DNA of 52,416 bases from a virus. Its lineage: Duplodnaviria > Caudoviricetes. Positions 36,121 through 45,537 of the stretch are shown here, piece after piece; position 1 is the first letter of the stretch, and each line of letters begins with the position of its first letter. The stretch lies in IMG/VR virus record IMGVR_UViG_3300032242_000872, positions 1-52,416 of that record. One strand, written 5' to 3'. The notes beneath the pieces are model-generated. The model had not been told where the DNA came from. It was given only the letters and a program-made list of their open reading frames with translations, and did no database searches. The position numbers were made by a program, and so were the translations under genes.

Positions 36121-36302
36121 TAGTAATCAGACTCCCATAGTGCAGGGTGCTGGAGCTGCTGACCCTGTGAGTTAAACAAGCGTCCACAAGGGCAATCAAC
36201 ATCAGACCCTAGATAAGACTCAACACCACGACCACAAAAACATTTCCAGCGTTTACCGATGTAATCGCCCTGTGAGTCATATACAACCTCAGTTTTTACC
36301 AT
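36120..36302 (-). CDS. First early gene, small Zn-ribbon protein
   Basis: CFCG...CPCG..FNSQGQQL; RBS CTGCTAGGAG (36311-36320). Confidence 0.65.
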   Translation of the reverse strand: MVKTEVVYDSQGDYIGKRWKCFCGRGVESYLGSDVDCPCGRLFNSQGQQLQHPALWESDY

Positions 36303-36346
36303 TTTATAAACTCCTAGCAGATGATTAAAAAATAAACTACCTACCG

Positions 36347-36410
36347 ATTATCTTGGGGCAATCTATTGAATGTCAATAGGTTTTAACAAATATTTTTAAT
36401 TTATTTTTAA
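36347..36410 (-). promoter_or_regulatory. Strong early sigma70 promoter with UP element and overlapping inverted repeat
   Basis: TTGACA (36376-36371), 18 nt, GATAAT (36352-36347); AT-tract 36381-36412; palindrome CTATTGA-atg-TCAATAG (36363-36379). Confidence 0.7.
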
Positions 36411-36650
36411 ATCACAGCTCGGGAAAACTAAAAGCCCGACAAATCAAGGGTTGCAGGGCAGCGAGTCCAGGAGCAAAGCACAGTAAAAAATTAAAAGCCC
36501 GACCAATGCGAGAGCAAAGCAGCCCAGAGACTACAGACCAGAGAGACCAAGAGAGAGATAAACTACTAGGGGATGAGATAACTACTGTCCGATGCTGTTC
36601 TGATGTCCTATTATCTGGATTGTGCAAATACCCCGCTTATACCCTATTAA

Positions 36651-37529
36651 ATGAAACTATCACGCAAGGAAATCAAGGAAGGCCTAGAGCAGATCCCAGT
36701 AGAGAAACTCTTACTGGGTAGTGCAGCTCATGGGATCGGATTAACCAAGAAACAAAAAGCCTTTGCGAATGAAGTAGTGAAGTCTGGGAATAAAACTAAG
36801 GCCTATAAAACTGCCTACAATCACACAGGCAAACCAGAGACGGCCAGCCGTAACGCTCAGACCTTGGCAAACGATACCAAGGTTGCAACATATATCGCAG
36901 CTCTAGAAGCAGCAGAACAGGCAAGAGCGTACCTTGTTCCTGCTCGTTTAAGGGATCTGGCGATCCATAAGATCACAGAGAAGGCCTTAGACCCCGATGT
37001 CCCACCAGCCCAACAGTTAAAAGCTCTTGAATTGCTGGGCAAGATCACCGAAGTTAGTCTGTTTACCCATCGCACCGAGACAGTCCACCTCACCAGCTCA
37101 GCAGATATTAAAGAGCAGCTGATTAAATCCTTGCGCCTAGCGATGTCTGGGAACAATGTTACAGATGTCGAGGCCAAACCTGTTGATGATCTACTGGCAG
37201 AGCTGGCAGGCCGTGATGATCCTGCTGCTGCCATCGACAGCGACAGCTCCAACATCCTGCAAGACGCTGCGCCTCTGGACGATGCAGACCAAGACCCCGT
37301 CACCCCATCGCTAAACCCAGACCCAGCAGACCCACCATCCCCCGACCCCCAAAAGTCGGCCTTATCTATACCACCCCAGTTGCATAGTATTCCGCACAAT
37401 CAATCACTGCTAGAATCCAAAACCCTCAATTCAACGTTCCAATCAACGGTCACAGTAACAGGTGTTACACTGACACAGGGTAAACCCTTAGATGGGGAGG
37501 GGGTCATTGAAAATGCTAAGGACGAGTAA
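36651..37529 (+). CDS. Terminase small subunit-like protein with disordered C-terminal extension
   Basis: LTKKQKAFA...NKTKAYKTAY HTH; LKALELLGK; upstream of TerL. Confidence 0.7.
   Translation: MKLSRKEIKEGLEQIPVEKLLLGSAAHGIGLTKKQKAFANEVVKSGNKTKAYKTAYNHTGKPETASRNAQTLANDTKVATYIAALEAAEQARAYLVPARLRDLAIHKITEKALDPDVPPAQQLKALELLGKITEVSLFTHRTETVHLTSSADIKEQLIKSLRLAMSGNNVTDVEAKPVDDLLAELAGRDDPAAAIDSDSSNILQDAAPLDDADQDPVTPSLNPDPADPPSPDPQKSALSIPPQLHSIPHNQSLLESKTLNSTFQSTVTVTGVTLTQGKPLDGEGVIENAKDE
37455..37468. repeat. 14-bp palindrome copy 4, GTAACAGGTGTTAC
   Basis: In the disordered TerS tail, about 130 bp upstream of the LexA-like HTH gene. Confidence 0.9.
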
Positions 37530-37601
37530 AATTTGGTATACGCAAACACCCCCCCGTCATGTTTTGTATACAAAAGTGCTGGGGTATATTTTTTTTAAAA
37601 A

Positions 37602-37847
37602 ATGCGCAAAAAAAATAACACTGTGACTCCAGCTCAAAAAGAAACTTTCATGATCATTGACGAGTTCTGGAAGAGACACGGTTATGGTCCTACTATAGAT
37701 GACATTATGTATATCTCTGGAGAGAAGTCTAGAGGCAATGTAAATAGAAAGATGTGGAGACTAGTGGAGCTTGGTATCTGTAAAGGTGTTAAAAATCGAG
37801 CCAGATCGATCCGCCCAGCAGGTTTTAGGGTCAGGAGCGTGGAATGA
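37602..37847 (+). CDS. Stand-alone LexA-type DNA-binding (winged HTH) protein
   Basis: TPAQKETF.II.EF..RHGYGPTIDDI...SRGNV...LVELG...RARSIR; no peptidase domain. Confidence 0.7.
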   Translation: MRKKNNTVTPAQKETFMIIDEFWKRHGYGPTIDDIMYISGEKSRGNVNRKMWRLVELGICKGVKNRARSIRPAGFRVRSVE

Positions 37848-39349
37848 ATATAGAAGAGTTGATTGATCAACTACCTGATCTGTTAGATAAGCTGCCTCAG
37901 AATGAAGCCGATGAGATTCGCCAGCTTTTAGAAAACTTCCAAAACGCTACAACAAGAGAAAAAGCCGAAACTGACTTTATGGCTTTTGTTAAAGTCATGT
38001 GGCCAGGATTTATCCACGGCAGACATCATGCGTTGATGGCAAAGAAGTTTGAAGAGATCGCAGCAGGTAAGACTAAGAGACTGATTATCAATATGCCACC
38101 TCGGCACACCAAGTCTGAGTTTGCCTCTTATTTATTGCCAGCTTGGTTTCTAGGTAAATACCCTAATAAGAAGATTATCCAGTGTTCTAACACGGCTGAA
38201 CTTGCCGTAGGATTTGGACGTAAGGTGCGTAACTTGGTTGACGGAGATGTATATGCAAAGATCTTTCCAAATGTCTCTCTTAGACATGATTCTAAGGCTG
38301 CTGGTCGCTGGGCTACTAATGCCAATGGCGATTATTTCGCTATCGGTGTTGGCGGTACTGTTACAGGTAAAGGAGCTGATTTACTTATTATTGACGATCC
38401 TCACTCGGAGCAAGAAGCAGCGTTAGCCGCCTCAGATCCTTCGGTCTACGATAAGGTCTATGAGTGGTTTACATCAGGTCCAAGGCAACGGCTACAACCT
38501 GGTGGCTCAATTGTCATTGTGATGACCCGCTGGGGTAAACGAGATTTAACTGGCCGAGTCTTACAGTCGATGATTGAAAAAGATGGTGATGAATGGGAAG
38601 TCATTAGCCTTCCTGCAATCATGCCGTCTGATAAACCATTATGGCCTGAGTTCTGGTCTTATGAAGAATTAAATAAACTACGCAATGTATTACCTCTACC
38701 TAAATGGCAAGCTCAGTATCAACAAGACCCAACATCTGAACAAGGTGCTATTGTTAAAAGAGAATGGTGGCAGATCTGGGAAAATGATAGACCTCCGCCA
38801 TGTGACTTTATTATTCAATCTTGGGATACGGCCTTTACCAAAAATGAACGCTCAGACTACTCAGCATGTACAACCTGGGGTGTCTTTAACATGAATGAAG
38901 ATCCTAATGATGTCAATATCATTTTGCTTGACGCTCATAAAGAACGGCTGGAGTTTCCAGAATTAAAGAAACGGGCTATGGAACTTTATAATGAATGGGA
39001 GCCCGATGCGTTTATTGTCGAGGCAAAAGCCTCTGGCGCTCCCCTTATTTATGAGTTACGCTCTATGGGGATACCCGTTCAAGAGTTTACGCCAGTTAGG
39101 GGAAATGATAAGATCACCCGTATTAATGCGGTGGCGGATTTGTTCGCCTCTGGAAAAGTTTGGTGTCCACCTACACGATGGGCAGAAGAGGTAATGGAAG
39201 AGATGGCTGCGTTTCCTAATTCAGATCACGATGACTTAGTAGACTCAACAACCCAAGCTCTGATTAGATTTAGAAAAGGCGGGTTTTTACGGCTTCAAAC
39301 AGATGAAGTTGATGAACCAGTATACAGACGAAAAGCAGCATATTACTAG
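37844..39349 (+). CDS. terL: Terminase large subunit
   Basis: INMPPRHTKS, LLIIDDP, VMTRW, QSWDTA, HDDLVD. Confidence 0.95.
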   Translation: MNIEELIDQLPDLLDKLPQNEADEIRQLLENFQNATTREKAETDFMAFVKVMWPGFIHGRHHALMAKKFEEIAAGKTKRLIINMPPRHTKSEFASYLLPAWFLGKYPNKKIIQCSNTAELAVGFGRKVRNLVDGDVYAKIFPNVSLRHDSKAAGRWATNANGDYFAIGVGGTVTGKGADLLIIDDPHSEQEAALAASDPSVYDKVYEWFTSGPRQRLQPGGSIVIVMTRWGKRDLTGRVLQSMIEKDGDEWEVISLPAIMPSDKPLWPEFWSYEELNKLRNVLPLPKWQAQYQQDPTSEQGAIVKREWWQIWENDRPPPCDFIIQSWDTAFTKNERSDYSACTTWGVFNMNEDPNDVNIILLDAHKERLEFPELKKRAMELYNEWEPDAFIVEAKASGAPLIYELRSMGIPVQEFTPVRGNDKITRINAVADLFASGKVWCPPTRWAEEVMEEMAAFPNSDHDDLVDSTTQALIRFRKGGFLRLQTDEVDEPVYRRKAAYY

Positions 39350-39357
39350 GAAATATT

Positions 39358-41817
39358 ATGGCAATGGAAAAAGCACTCTACGAACTCCCAGCTGGGCTTG
39401 ATGCAATTGATGATCAAGAACCTGCTCTGGAAATTGAAATCGAAGATCCAAAATCTTTAATGATTAATGGATTAGAGCTTGCTAAAGATGACCTAGAAGA
39501 AGGCGAAGATGATTTTGATGAAAACTTAGCCGAGTTTATGAATGATGGCGATCTAGCGATGATCGCTGGTGAAATACTTGGAGACATTGATGCCGACATC
39601 TCTTCTCGTAAAGACTGGATGCAAACCTATACAGACGGACTAGAACTTCTAGGACTTAAGATTGAAACCCGTACTGAACCTTGGGAAGGCGCTTGTGGTG
39701 TTTATCACCCATTAATGTCTGAAGCCCTTGTGAAGTTTCAAGCCGAGACAGTCATGGAGACTATTCCTGCTGGCGGTCCAGTAAAGACATTAGTCATTGG
39801 CAAAGAAACACCAGAAAAAATGCAAGCTGCAGATCGTGTTCAAAAGGACATGAACTACCAGATTATGGAGAAAATGCCAGAGTATCGCCCTGAGCATGAG
39901 CGCATGATTTGGGGCTTAGGACTCTCAGGTAACGCCTTTAAGAAAGTCTATTACGATCCAAATTTAGAGCGCCAAGTATCATTGTTTGTTCCAGCTGAAG
40001 ATTTAATTGTTCCTTATGGCGCATCAGACCTACGTAGTGCAGAGCGTGTCACCCATGTCATGCGTAAGACAGAAAATGAATTACGTAAACTCCAAGTTGC
40101 TGGTTTTTACCGTGATGTTGAATTAGGTCAGCCTTCTACTGCTTTTGATGAAGTAGAAAAGAAGATTGCCGAGAAGATGGGCTTTACTGCCAGCTCGGAT
40201 GATCGTTACAAGCTCTGTGAATGTCAGGTAAATCTAGACCTTTCTGGCTTTGAGCACAAAGATGAAGATGGCGATCCAACAGGTATTGCCTTGCCTTACA
40301 TTGTGACCATCGAAAAAGGCACTCAAACTGTTTTGGCAATTCGCAGAAACTGGAGACCAGAAGATGAAACTTTTCAAAAGAGAAACCATTTTGTCCATTA
40401 TGGATACGTTCCAGGTTTTGGTTTTTATTGCTTTGGCCTTATCCATCTTGTCGGGGCTTTTGCTAAGTCTGGCACTAGTATTATTCGCCAACTCGTGGAT
40501 GCAGGAACCCTCTCGAATTTGCCAGGTGGCTTTAAGACCCGTGGCTTGCGAGTCAAAGGCGATGACACACCGATAGCTCCAGGAGAGTTCCGTGATGTTG
40601 ATGTACCAAGCGGAGTCTTAAAAGACAATATCCTGCCGTTACCTTATAAAGAACCATCACAAGTTCTCTATAGCTTGCTTGGCACAATCGTTGATGAAGG
40701 CCGTAGATTTGCCTCTGCAGCCGACATTGAGATTTCAGATATGTCAGCCAACACTCCAGTTGGCACTACTCTGGCAATTTTAGAGCGTACTCTTAAAGTC
40801 ATGTCTGCGGTACAAGCCCGTGTTCATTACTCAATGAAGCAAGAGTTACAGCTGTTAAAAGACATTATCCGTGATTACACCCCGCCAGATTATGATTATC
40901 AACCTGACGAAGGCACTCGTTTTGCTAAAAAGTCTGACTATGACGATGTAGACGTTATTCCAGTTTCAGACCCTAATGCTGCAACCATGAGCCAAAAGGT
41001 AGTTCAGTACCAAGCGGTATTACAACTGGCTCAACAAGCTCCTCAGTTATATGACTTGGCACAATTGCACCGTCAAATGCTAGAAGTTCTAGGGATTAAA
41101 AATGCTAAAAAACTGATCAAGCTAGAAGATGATCAACTGCCACAAGATCCTATTCTTGAAAACATGAACATCATGAATATGCGTCCAGTAAAAGCGTTCT
41201 TATATCAAGACCATGAAGCCCATATTCAAGTTCACGTAAATGCTATGAAAGATCCAAAGATTGCACAGATGATGGGTCAAAACCCTAATGCCCAAGCAAT
41301 TGGCGCAGCAGCTATGGCACACATCAATGAGCATCTAGCCTACGCTTATCGTAGACAAATGGAACAACTTATGGGTGTTCAATTGCCTGATCCTGATCAA
41401 GAAAAGGATGAAGGTATTCCACGGGATATGGAAGTACAGATTTCTGCTATGGCAGCTCAAGCATCTAATATGTTGTTAAACCGCAATCAAACAGAGATTG
41501 CAGCGCAACAAGCACAACAGGCCCAGCAAGATCCTGTGATTCAAATGCAAGCAAAAGAGCTGCAACTGAAAGAAGCAGAAGAAATGCGCAAAAAGCAAAA
41601 AGACGTTATGGATGCATCTGCCGAGGCAGACCGCCTACGTATCGAAAGGGAACGCATCGCTTCACAAGAGCGTATTGCTGGCCTACAAGTTGGTGCTAAA
41701 CAAGCAGCTGACAAAGAGAAGTTGGAATTAGAAAAAATGAAAGAAGGGTTTCAGATTGGCAAGCAAATTACTGAAATGAAAAAAAACCCCCAAGAATTAC
41801 CTTCAACCAAGGAATAA
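39358..41817 (+). CDS. Portal protein
   Basis: 819 aa directly after TerL; PGFGFY..GL, RQLVDAGTLSNLPGG, C-terminal Gln-rich barrel helix. Confidence 0.85.
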   Translation: MAMEKALYELPAGLDAIDDQEPALEIEIEDPKSLMINGLELAKDDLEEGEDDFDENLAEFMNDGDLAMIAGEILGDIDADISSRKDWMQTYTDGLELLGLKIETRTEPWEGACGVYHPLMSEALVKFQAETVMETIPAGGPVKTLVIGKETPEKMQAADRVQKDMNYQIMEKMPEYRPEHERMIWGLGLSGNAFKKVYYDPNLERQVSLFVPAEDLIVPYGASDLRSAERVTHVMRKTENELRKLQVAGFYRDVELGQPSTAFDEVEKKIAEKMGFTASSDDRYKLCECQVNLDLSGFEHKDEDGDPTGIALPYIVTIEKGTQTVLAIRRNWRPEDETFQKRNHFVHYGYVPGFGFYCFGLIHLVGAFAKSGTSIIRQLVDAGTLSNLPGGFKTRGLRVKGDDTPIAPGEFRDVDVPSGVLKDNILPLPYKEPSQVLYSLLGTIVDEGRRFASAADIEISDMSANTPVGTTLAILERTLKVMSAVQARVHYSMKQELQLLKDIIRDYTPPDYDYQPDEGTRFAKKSDYDDVDVIPVSDPNAATMSQKVVQYQAVLQLAQQAPQLYDLAQLHRQMLEVLGIKNAKKLIKLEDDQLPQDPILENMNIMNMRPVKAFLYQDHEAHIQVHVNAMKDPKIAQMMGQNPNAQAIGAAAMAHINEHLAYAYRRQMEQLMGVQLPDPDQEKDEGIPRDMEVQISAMAAQASNMLLNRNQTEIAAQQAQQAQQDPVIQMQAKELQLKEAEEMRKKQKDVMDASAEADRLRIERERIASQERIAGLQVGAKQAADKEKLELEKMKEGFQIGKQITEMKKNPQELPSTKE

Positions 41818-41823
41818 AGACTA

Positions 41824-42015
41824 ATGGATAAGAATTTGGAATACCTCTTAGATGAATACAAAGAGCGCATCAGCGTCCTCAAACAGGCCGTTGCAGCAGG
41901 AAATTGTCAATCTTTTGAGGAATACAAATACGCTTGTGGACAACTTCGAGGTCTGGAGTCCGCTTGTTTAATTATTACAGACCTCAAACAACGATTGGAG
42001 AACTCGGATGAGTGA
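41824..42015 (+). CDS. Small head-module protein
   Basis: SFEEYKYACGQLRGL; typical position after the portal. Confidence 0.6.
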   Translation: MDKNLEYLLDEYKERISVLKQAVAAGNCQSFEEYKYACGQLRGLESACLIITDLKQRLENSDE

Positions 42016-42439
42016 AATCCTTATCGGCTCAAACCCCGATAACCCGCAAATAGTGGGGGTAGTAAATTTTGAAGCAAGCAGTGAAGAAAAAGCAAAAGCC
42101 TTACCAGAGCCTTCTGGCTACCGCATTTTAGTGGCAATACCAGAAGTAGAAAAAGAAATGGATTTGGGTGACAGCGGTTTGAAATTGTTAAAAGCAGATC
42201 AAACCATGCACTACGAAGAAGTACTTTCTACTGTCTTTTTTGTCGTAAAAATGGGCCCAGATTGCTACCAAGATAAGACTAGGTTCCCAAACGGTCCCTG
42301 GTGCAAAGTTGGTGACTTTATTCTAGCCAGACCAAACTCTGGTACACGATTAAAGATTCATGGTAGAGAGTTCAGGATTTTAAATGATGACTCTGTAGAG
42401 GGCATTGTTCAAGATCCACGTGGAATAACACGAGTATAA
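42008..42439 (+). CDS. GroES/Cpn10-like co-chaperonin
   Basis: PSGYRILV, VVKMGPD, WCKVGDFI, EFRILNDDSV. Confidence 0.8.
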   Translation: MSEILIGSNPDNPQIVGVVNFEASSEEKAKALPEPSGYRILVAIPEVEKEMDLGDSGLKLLKADQTMHYEEVLSTVFFVVKMGPDCYQDKTRFPNGPWCKVGDFILARPNSGTRLKIHGREFRILNDDSVEGIVQDPRGITRV

Positions 42440-42449
42440 GGAGAAAATA

Positions 42450-43415
42450 ATGACTCAAATGAAGACTGAAGAGTTTAAATTCCCCGATGAAACAGATGAA
42501 ACAGCGCAAAACGCTGAGCCAGAGTTTGAAATCGAGGTAGTTGAAGATGAATTAGAACCAAATCAACTCAATAAAGACCCAATGCCTAAGGAAATTGTTG
42601 ATGAAATTGATCAAGATGACCTAGAAGCCTATTCAGATGCTGCAAAACAGCGTTTAAAACAGCTTAAAAAGGTATGGAACGATGAACGTAGACGTGCTGA
42701 TGCTGCTGAAAGCGACCAAAAAGAAGCTTTGCGTGTAGCCCAAGCCATTATTGACGAAAACAAACGCTTAAAAGGCCGTTTATTTGAAGGTGAAAAGAAT
42801 TTAGTCACCAGTTACAAAGAAAACGTAGCCAGCGCCCTAGAAAAAGCAAAGCAAGAATACAAAGATGCTTATGATTCTGGGGATAGTGATCGTTTAGTAG
42901 AGGCTCAAGAAAAATTAACGGATGTAAAGCTTAAAGCGCAACAAATTGAGCAATATAAACCTGAATTTTCTGAAGATACTTTACAAAACCCAGAAAGTAA
43001 TGTACAAATACAGTCACAACCTCAACGATTGGATTCAAAAACCCAGTCGTGGCTTGACAAAAACAAGTGGTACGGGGTTGATGATGACATGAGCTATCTC
43101 GCTCACGGAGTTCATAGAAGGCTTGAAAGAGAAGGAGTCCCAATCGGCTCTGACTTTTACTGGTCTACTATAGACAACGAAATGAGAAAGAGGTTCCCCG
43201 ATAAATTCGAGGAAAGCGAGGATGGCAAAAACTCCTCGAACGCAGAGGCAAAAACTACTGCAAAAAATAGCAAACCTGCTACTGTGGTTGCCCCTGCGAC
43301 AAGATCGACTTCGCCAAAACGAGTCACCCTATCGCTTCGTCAACAAGCGTTGGCTAAGAAACTTAATCTAACCAATGAGCAGTACGCTCGTGAACTAACT
43401 AAATTGGAGTCTTAA
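42450..43415 (+). CDS. Capsid scaffolding protein
   Basis: Acidic coiled coil; C-terminal LAKKLNLTNEQYA; precedes the capsid genes. Confidence 0.7.
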   Translation: MTQMKTEEFKFPDETDETAQNAEPEFEIEVVEDELEPNQLNKDPMPKEIVDEIDQDDLEAYSDAAKQRLKQLKKVWNDERRRADAAESDQKEALRVAQAIIDENKRLKGRLFEGEKNLVTSYKENVASALEKAKQEYKDAYDSGDSDRLVEAQEKLTDVKLKAQQIEQYKPEFSEDTLQNPESNVQIQSQPQRLDSKTQSWLDKNKWYGVDDDMSYLAHGVHRRLEREGVPIGSDFYWSTIDNEMRKRFPDKFEESEDGKNSSNAEAKTTAKNSKPATVVAPATRSTSPKRVTLSLRQQALAKKLNLTNEQYARELTKLES

Positions 43416-43416
43416 A

Positions 43417-43860
43417 ATGGCTGAAACAAGAACACCTAGAGAAGTAAGTAACCGTCAACAATCTATGCGGGTAGAAGCATGGAAACCGCCTGAATTGTTG
43501 CCAGAACCAGATAAACAATCTGGGTTTGCTTATCGCTGGATTCGAGTATCTACAAATGGTCAAGCTGACCCCCGCAACCTTTCAGCAAAACTGAGAGAAG
43601 GATGGGAACCAGTAAGAGCAGAAGAACAGCCAAAATTTGAACTGTTAGTCGATCCAACTAGTCGTTTTAAAGACAACATTGAGATTGGCGGGTTGTTGCT
43701 TTGCAAAACTCCGAGTGAATTTGTGAATCAGCGTAATACTTATTATGCTAATCAAACACAAGCTCAAACGGATGCTGTAGACAATAACTTAATGCGCCAA
43801 AGCGACCCAAGGATGCCTCTCTTTAAAGAGAATAAATCCTCAAGTAGCGTTGGTAGATAG
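43417..43860 (+). CDS. Conserved head-module protein
   Basis: YRWIRVS, LREGWEPV, IGGLLLCK. Confidence 0.65.
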   Translation: MAETRTPREVSNRQQSMRVEAWKPPELLPEPDKQSGFAYRWIRVSTNGQADPRNLSAKLREGWEPVRAEEQPKFELLVDPTSRFKDNIEIGGLLLCKTPSEFVNQRNTYYANQTQAQTDAVDNNLMRQSDPRMPLFKENKSSSSVGR

Positions 43861-43890
43861 TATTTTTTATTAACTTATTAGGAGAATTAA

Positions 43891-44517
43891 ATGGCTTATC
43901 CAACCGTTTCTGCTCCCTACGGCTTAGACCCTGTTAACCGTATTGACTTCATGCCATATGCTGGTGCGACTCGTCAATTACCGATTGCTAGTACTTATAA
44001 CACTGCAATCTACAACGGTGACATCGTTTTAGTCTCAGGTGGCACAGTTAAGAAATCCGCAGTAACAACTGACTCAACCACAGACAAAGGCAATAACGCA
44101 ACTTATGGCGTGTTTATGGGTGTTCAGTACGTTAATACACAAGGCCAGACTGTACAAGCTCAATATTACCCAGGTAATGCTGCTGCTACTTCAGCTGTTG
44201 CTTATGTTGTTGACGATGCAGCTGCAGCTTTCAAAGTAGCAATTACCTTCTCTGGTAACGCTACTGTAACTACCGCTAACGCATCTGTAGTTGGTACAAA
44301 CTTGTCTATCCGTCAGGGTACAGGTTCTGCTACTACTGGTGACTCAGCAGTTTCAGTAATCGCTCCAACAGCAGGTACAGGTAATGCAGCAGCATTGCCA
44401 GTTCGTGTAGTTGCAGTTGTTCCAGAAACAGCAGTTAACACAACCGCCTTTACAGAAGTTATCGTAAAGTTAAATAACCCACAAATCTTGCTAGCTGCTG
44501 GCAACGATTACGTATAA
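43891..44517 (+). CDS. Capsid cement/decoration protein
   Basis: APYGL.PV, IYNGDIV, GVFMG; immediately before the MCP. Confidence 0.65.
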   Translation: MAYPTVSAPYGLDPVNRIDFMPYAGATRQLPIASTYNTAIYNGDIVLVSGGTVKKSAVTTDSTTDKGNNATYGVFMGVQYVNTQGQTVQAQYYPGNAAATSAVAYVVDDAAAAFKVAITFSGNATVTTANASVVGTNLSIRQGTGSATTGDSAVSVIAPTAGTGNAAALPVRVVAVVPETAVNTTAFTEVIVKLNNPQILLAAGNDYV

Positions 44518-44529
44518 GGAGCTAATTAA

Positions 44530-45438
44530 ATGGCTATTTCACGTGCACAACTACTGAAAGAGTTGCTCCCAGGATTGAACGCATTGTTCGGACTTGAGTA
44601 CGCTCGTTATGGTGAAGAACACAAAGAAGTTTATGAAACAGAGACTTCTGAGCGTTCTTTTGAAGAAGAAACAAAACTGTCAGGCTTTAGTGCTGCTCCT
44701 GTTAAAAACGAAGGCTCTGCCATCGCTTATGACAATGCGCAAGAAGCATGGACAGCTCGCTACAACCACGAAACTATCGCTTTGGGCTTCAGCTTAACTG
44801 AAGAAGCTATCGAAGATAACTTGTATGACAGCCTTTCTGGCCGTTATACCAAGGGATTAGCTCGTGCTATGGCGTACACAAAGCAAGTTAAAGCTGCTGC
44901 AGTATTGAACAACGGTTTCACAACTGGTTATAACGGTGGTGATGGCGTTCCTTTGTTCTCTACAGCTCATCCTTTAGTTAATGGTGGTACTAACAGCAAC
45001 ACTCCATCTGTTGCCGCTGACTTGAATGAGACTTCTTTGGAAGCCGCTGTTATTCAAATCGCTGCTTGGACCGATGAGCGTGGTCTGTTGATCGCTGCTA
45101 AACCTAAGAAGCTGGTTGTTCCTCCTGCATTACAGTTCGTTGCAACTCGCTTGCTCGAAACTGAATTGCGTGTTGGTACAAATGATAACGATATCAACGC
45201 TATCAAAAACAACGGTTCAGTCTCTGAAGGTTATTGCATTAACCACTTCTTGACCGATACAAACGGTTGGTTCTTGACTACTGATGTTCCTAACGGCATG
45301 AAGCACTTTGTGCGTACTCCGTTACAGAACTCTATGGATGGCGATTTTGATACTGGTAACGTTCGTTACAAGTCTCGTGAGCGTTATTCATTCGGCTGGT
45401 CTGATCCACTAGGAATGTTCGGATCACCTGGCGCTTAA
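44530..45438 (+). CDS. Major capsid protein
   Basis: MAISRAQLLKELLPGLNALFG...DFDTGNVRYKSRERYSFGWSDP; biased codon usage; followed by a terminator. Confidence 0.9.
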   Translation: MAISRAQLLKELLPGLNALFGLEYARYGEEHKEVYETETSERSFEEETKLSGFSAAPVKNEGSAIAYDNAQEAWTARYNHETIALGFSLTEEAIEDNLYDSLSGRYTKGLARAMAYTKQVKAAAVLNNGFTTGYNGGDGVPLFSTAHPLVNGGTNSNTPSVAADLNETSLEAAVIQIAAWTDERGLLIAAKPKKLVVPPALQFVATRLLETELRVGTNDNDINAIKNNGSVSEGYCINHFLTDTNGWFLTTDVPNGMKHFVRTPLQNSMDGDFDTGNVRYKSRERYSFGWSDPLGMFGSPGA

Positions 45439-45456
45439 TCATAGCAAGCTGGGAAA

Positions 45457-45492
45457 AAGAAAGCCCCACCCTACAAGGTGGGGTTTTTCTTT
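45457..45492 (+). terminator. Rho-independent, likely bidirectional, terminator
   Basis: A-rich flank, GCCCCACC/GGTGGGGT stem, TTTTCTTT. Confidence 0.85.
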
Positions 45493-45501
45493 ATAAAAGA
45501 C

Positions 45502-45529
45502 TTGCACTTATTTAAAAATGTAGTAATAT
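45502..45529 (+). promoter_or_regulatory. Sigma70-type promoter after the MCP terminator
   Basis: TTGCAC, 16 nt, TAATAT. Confidence 0.45.
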
Positions 45530-45537
45530 CAAAGAAA

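Noticed and set aside
36857-37399. 180-aa antisense ORF inside terS
   Set aside because: Ser/Ala-rich shadow expected in this more GC-rich region; no supporting signals
37602-37847. LexA/CI-type lysogeny switch
   Set aside because: Only the DNA-binding domain is present, with no S24 peptidase, integrase or att site in the window; lifestyle cannot be called
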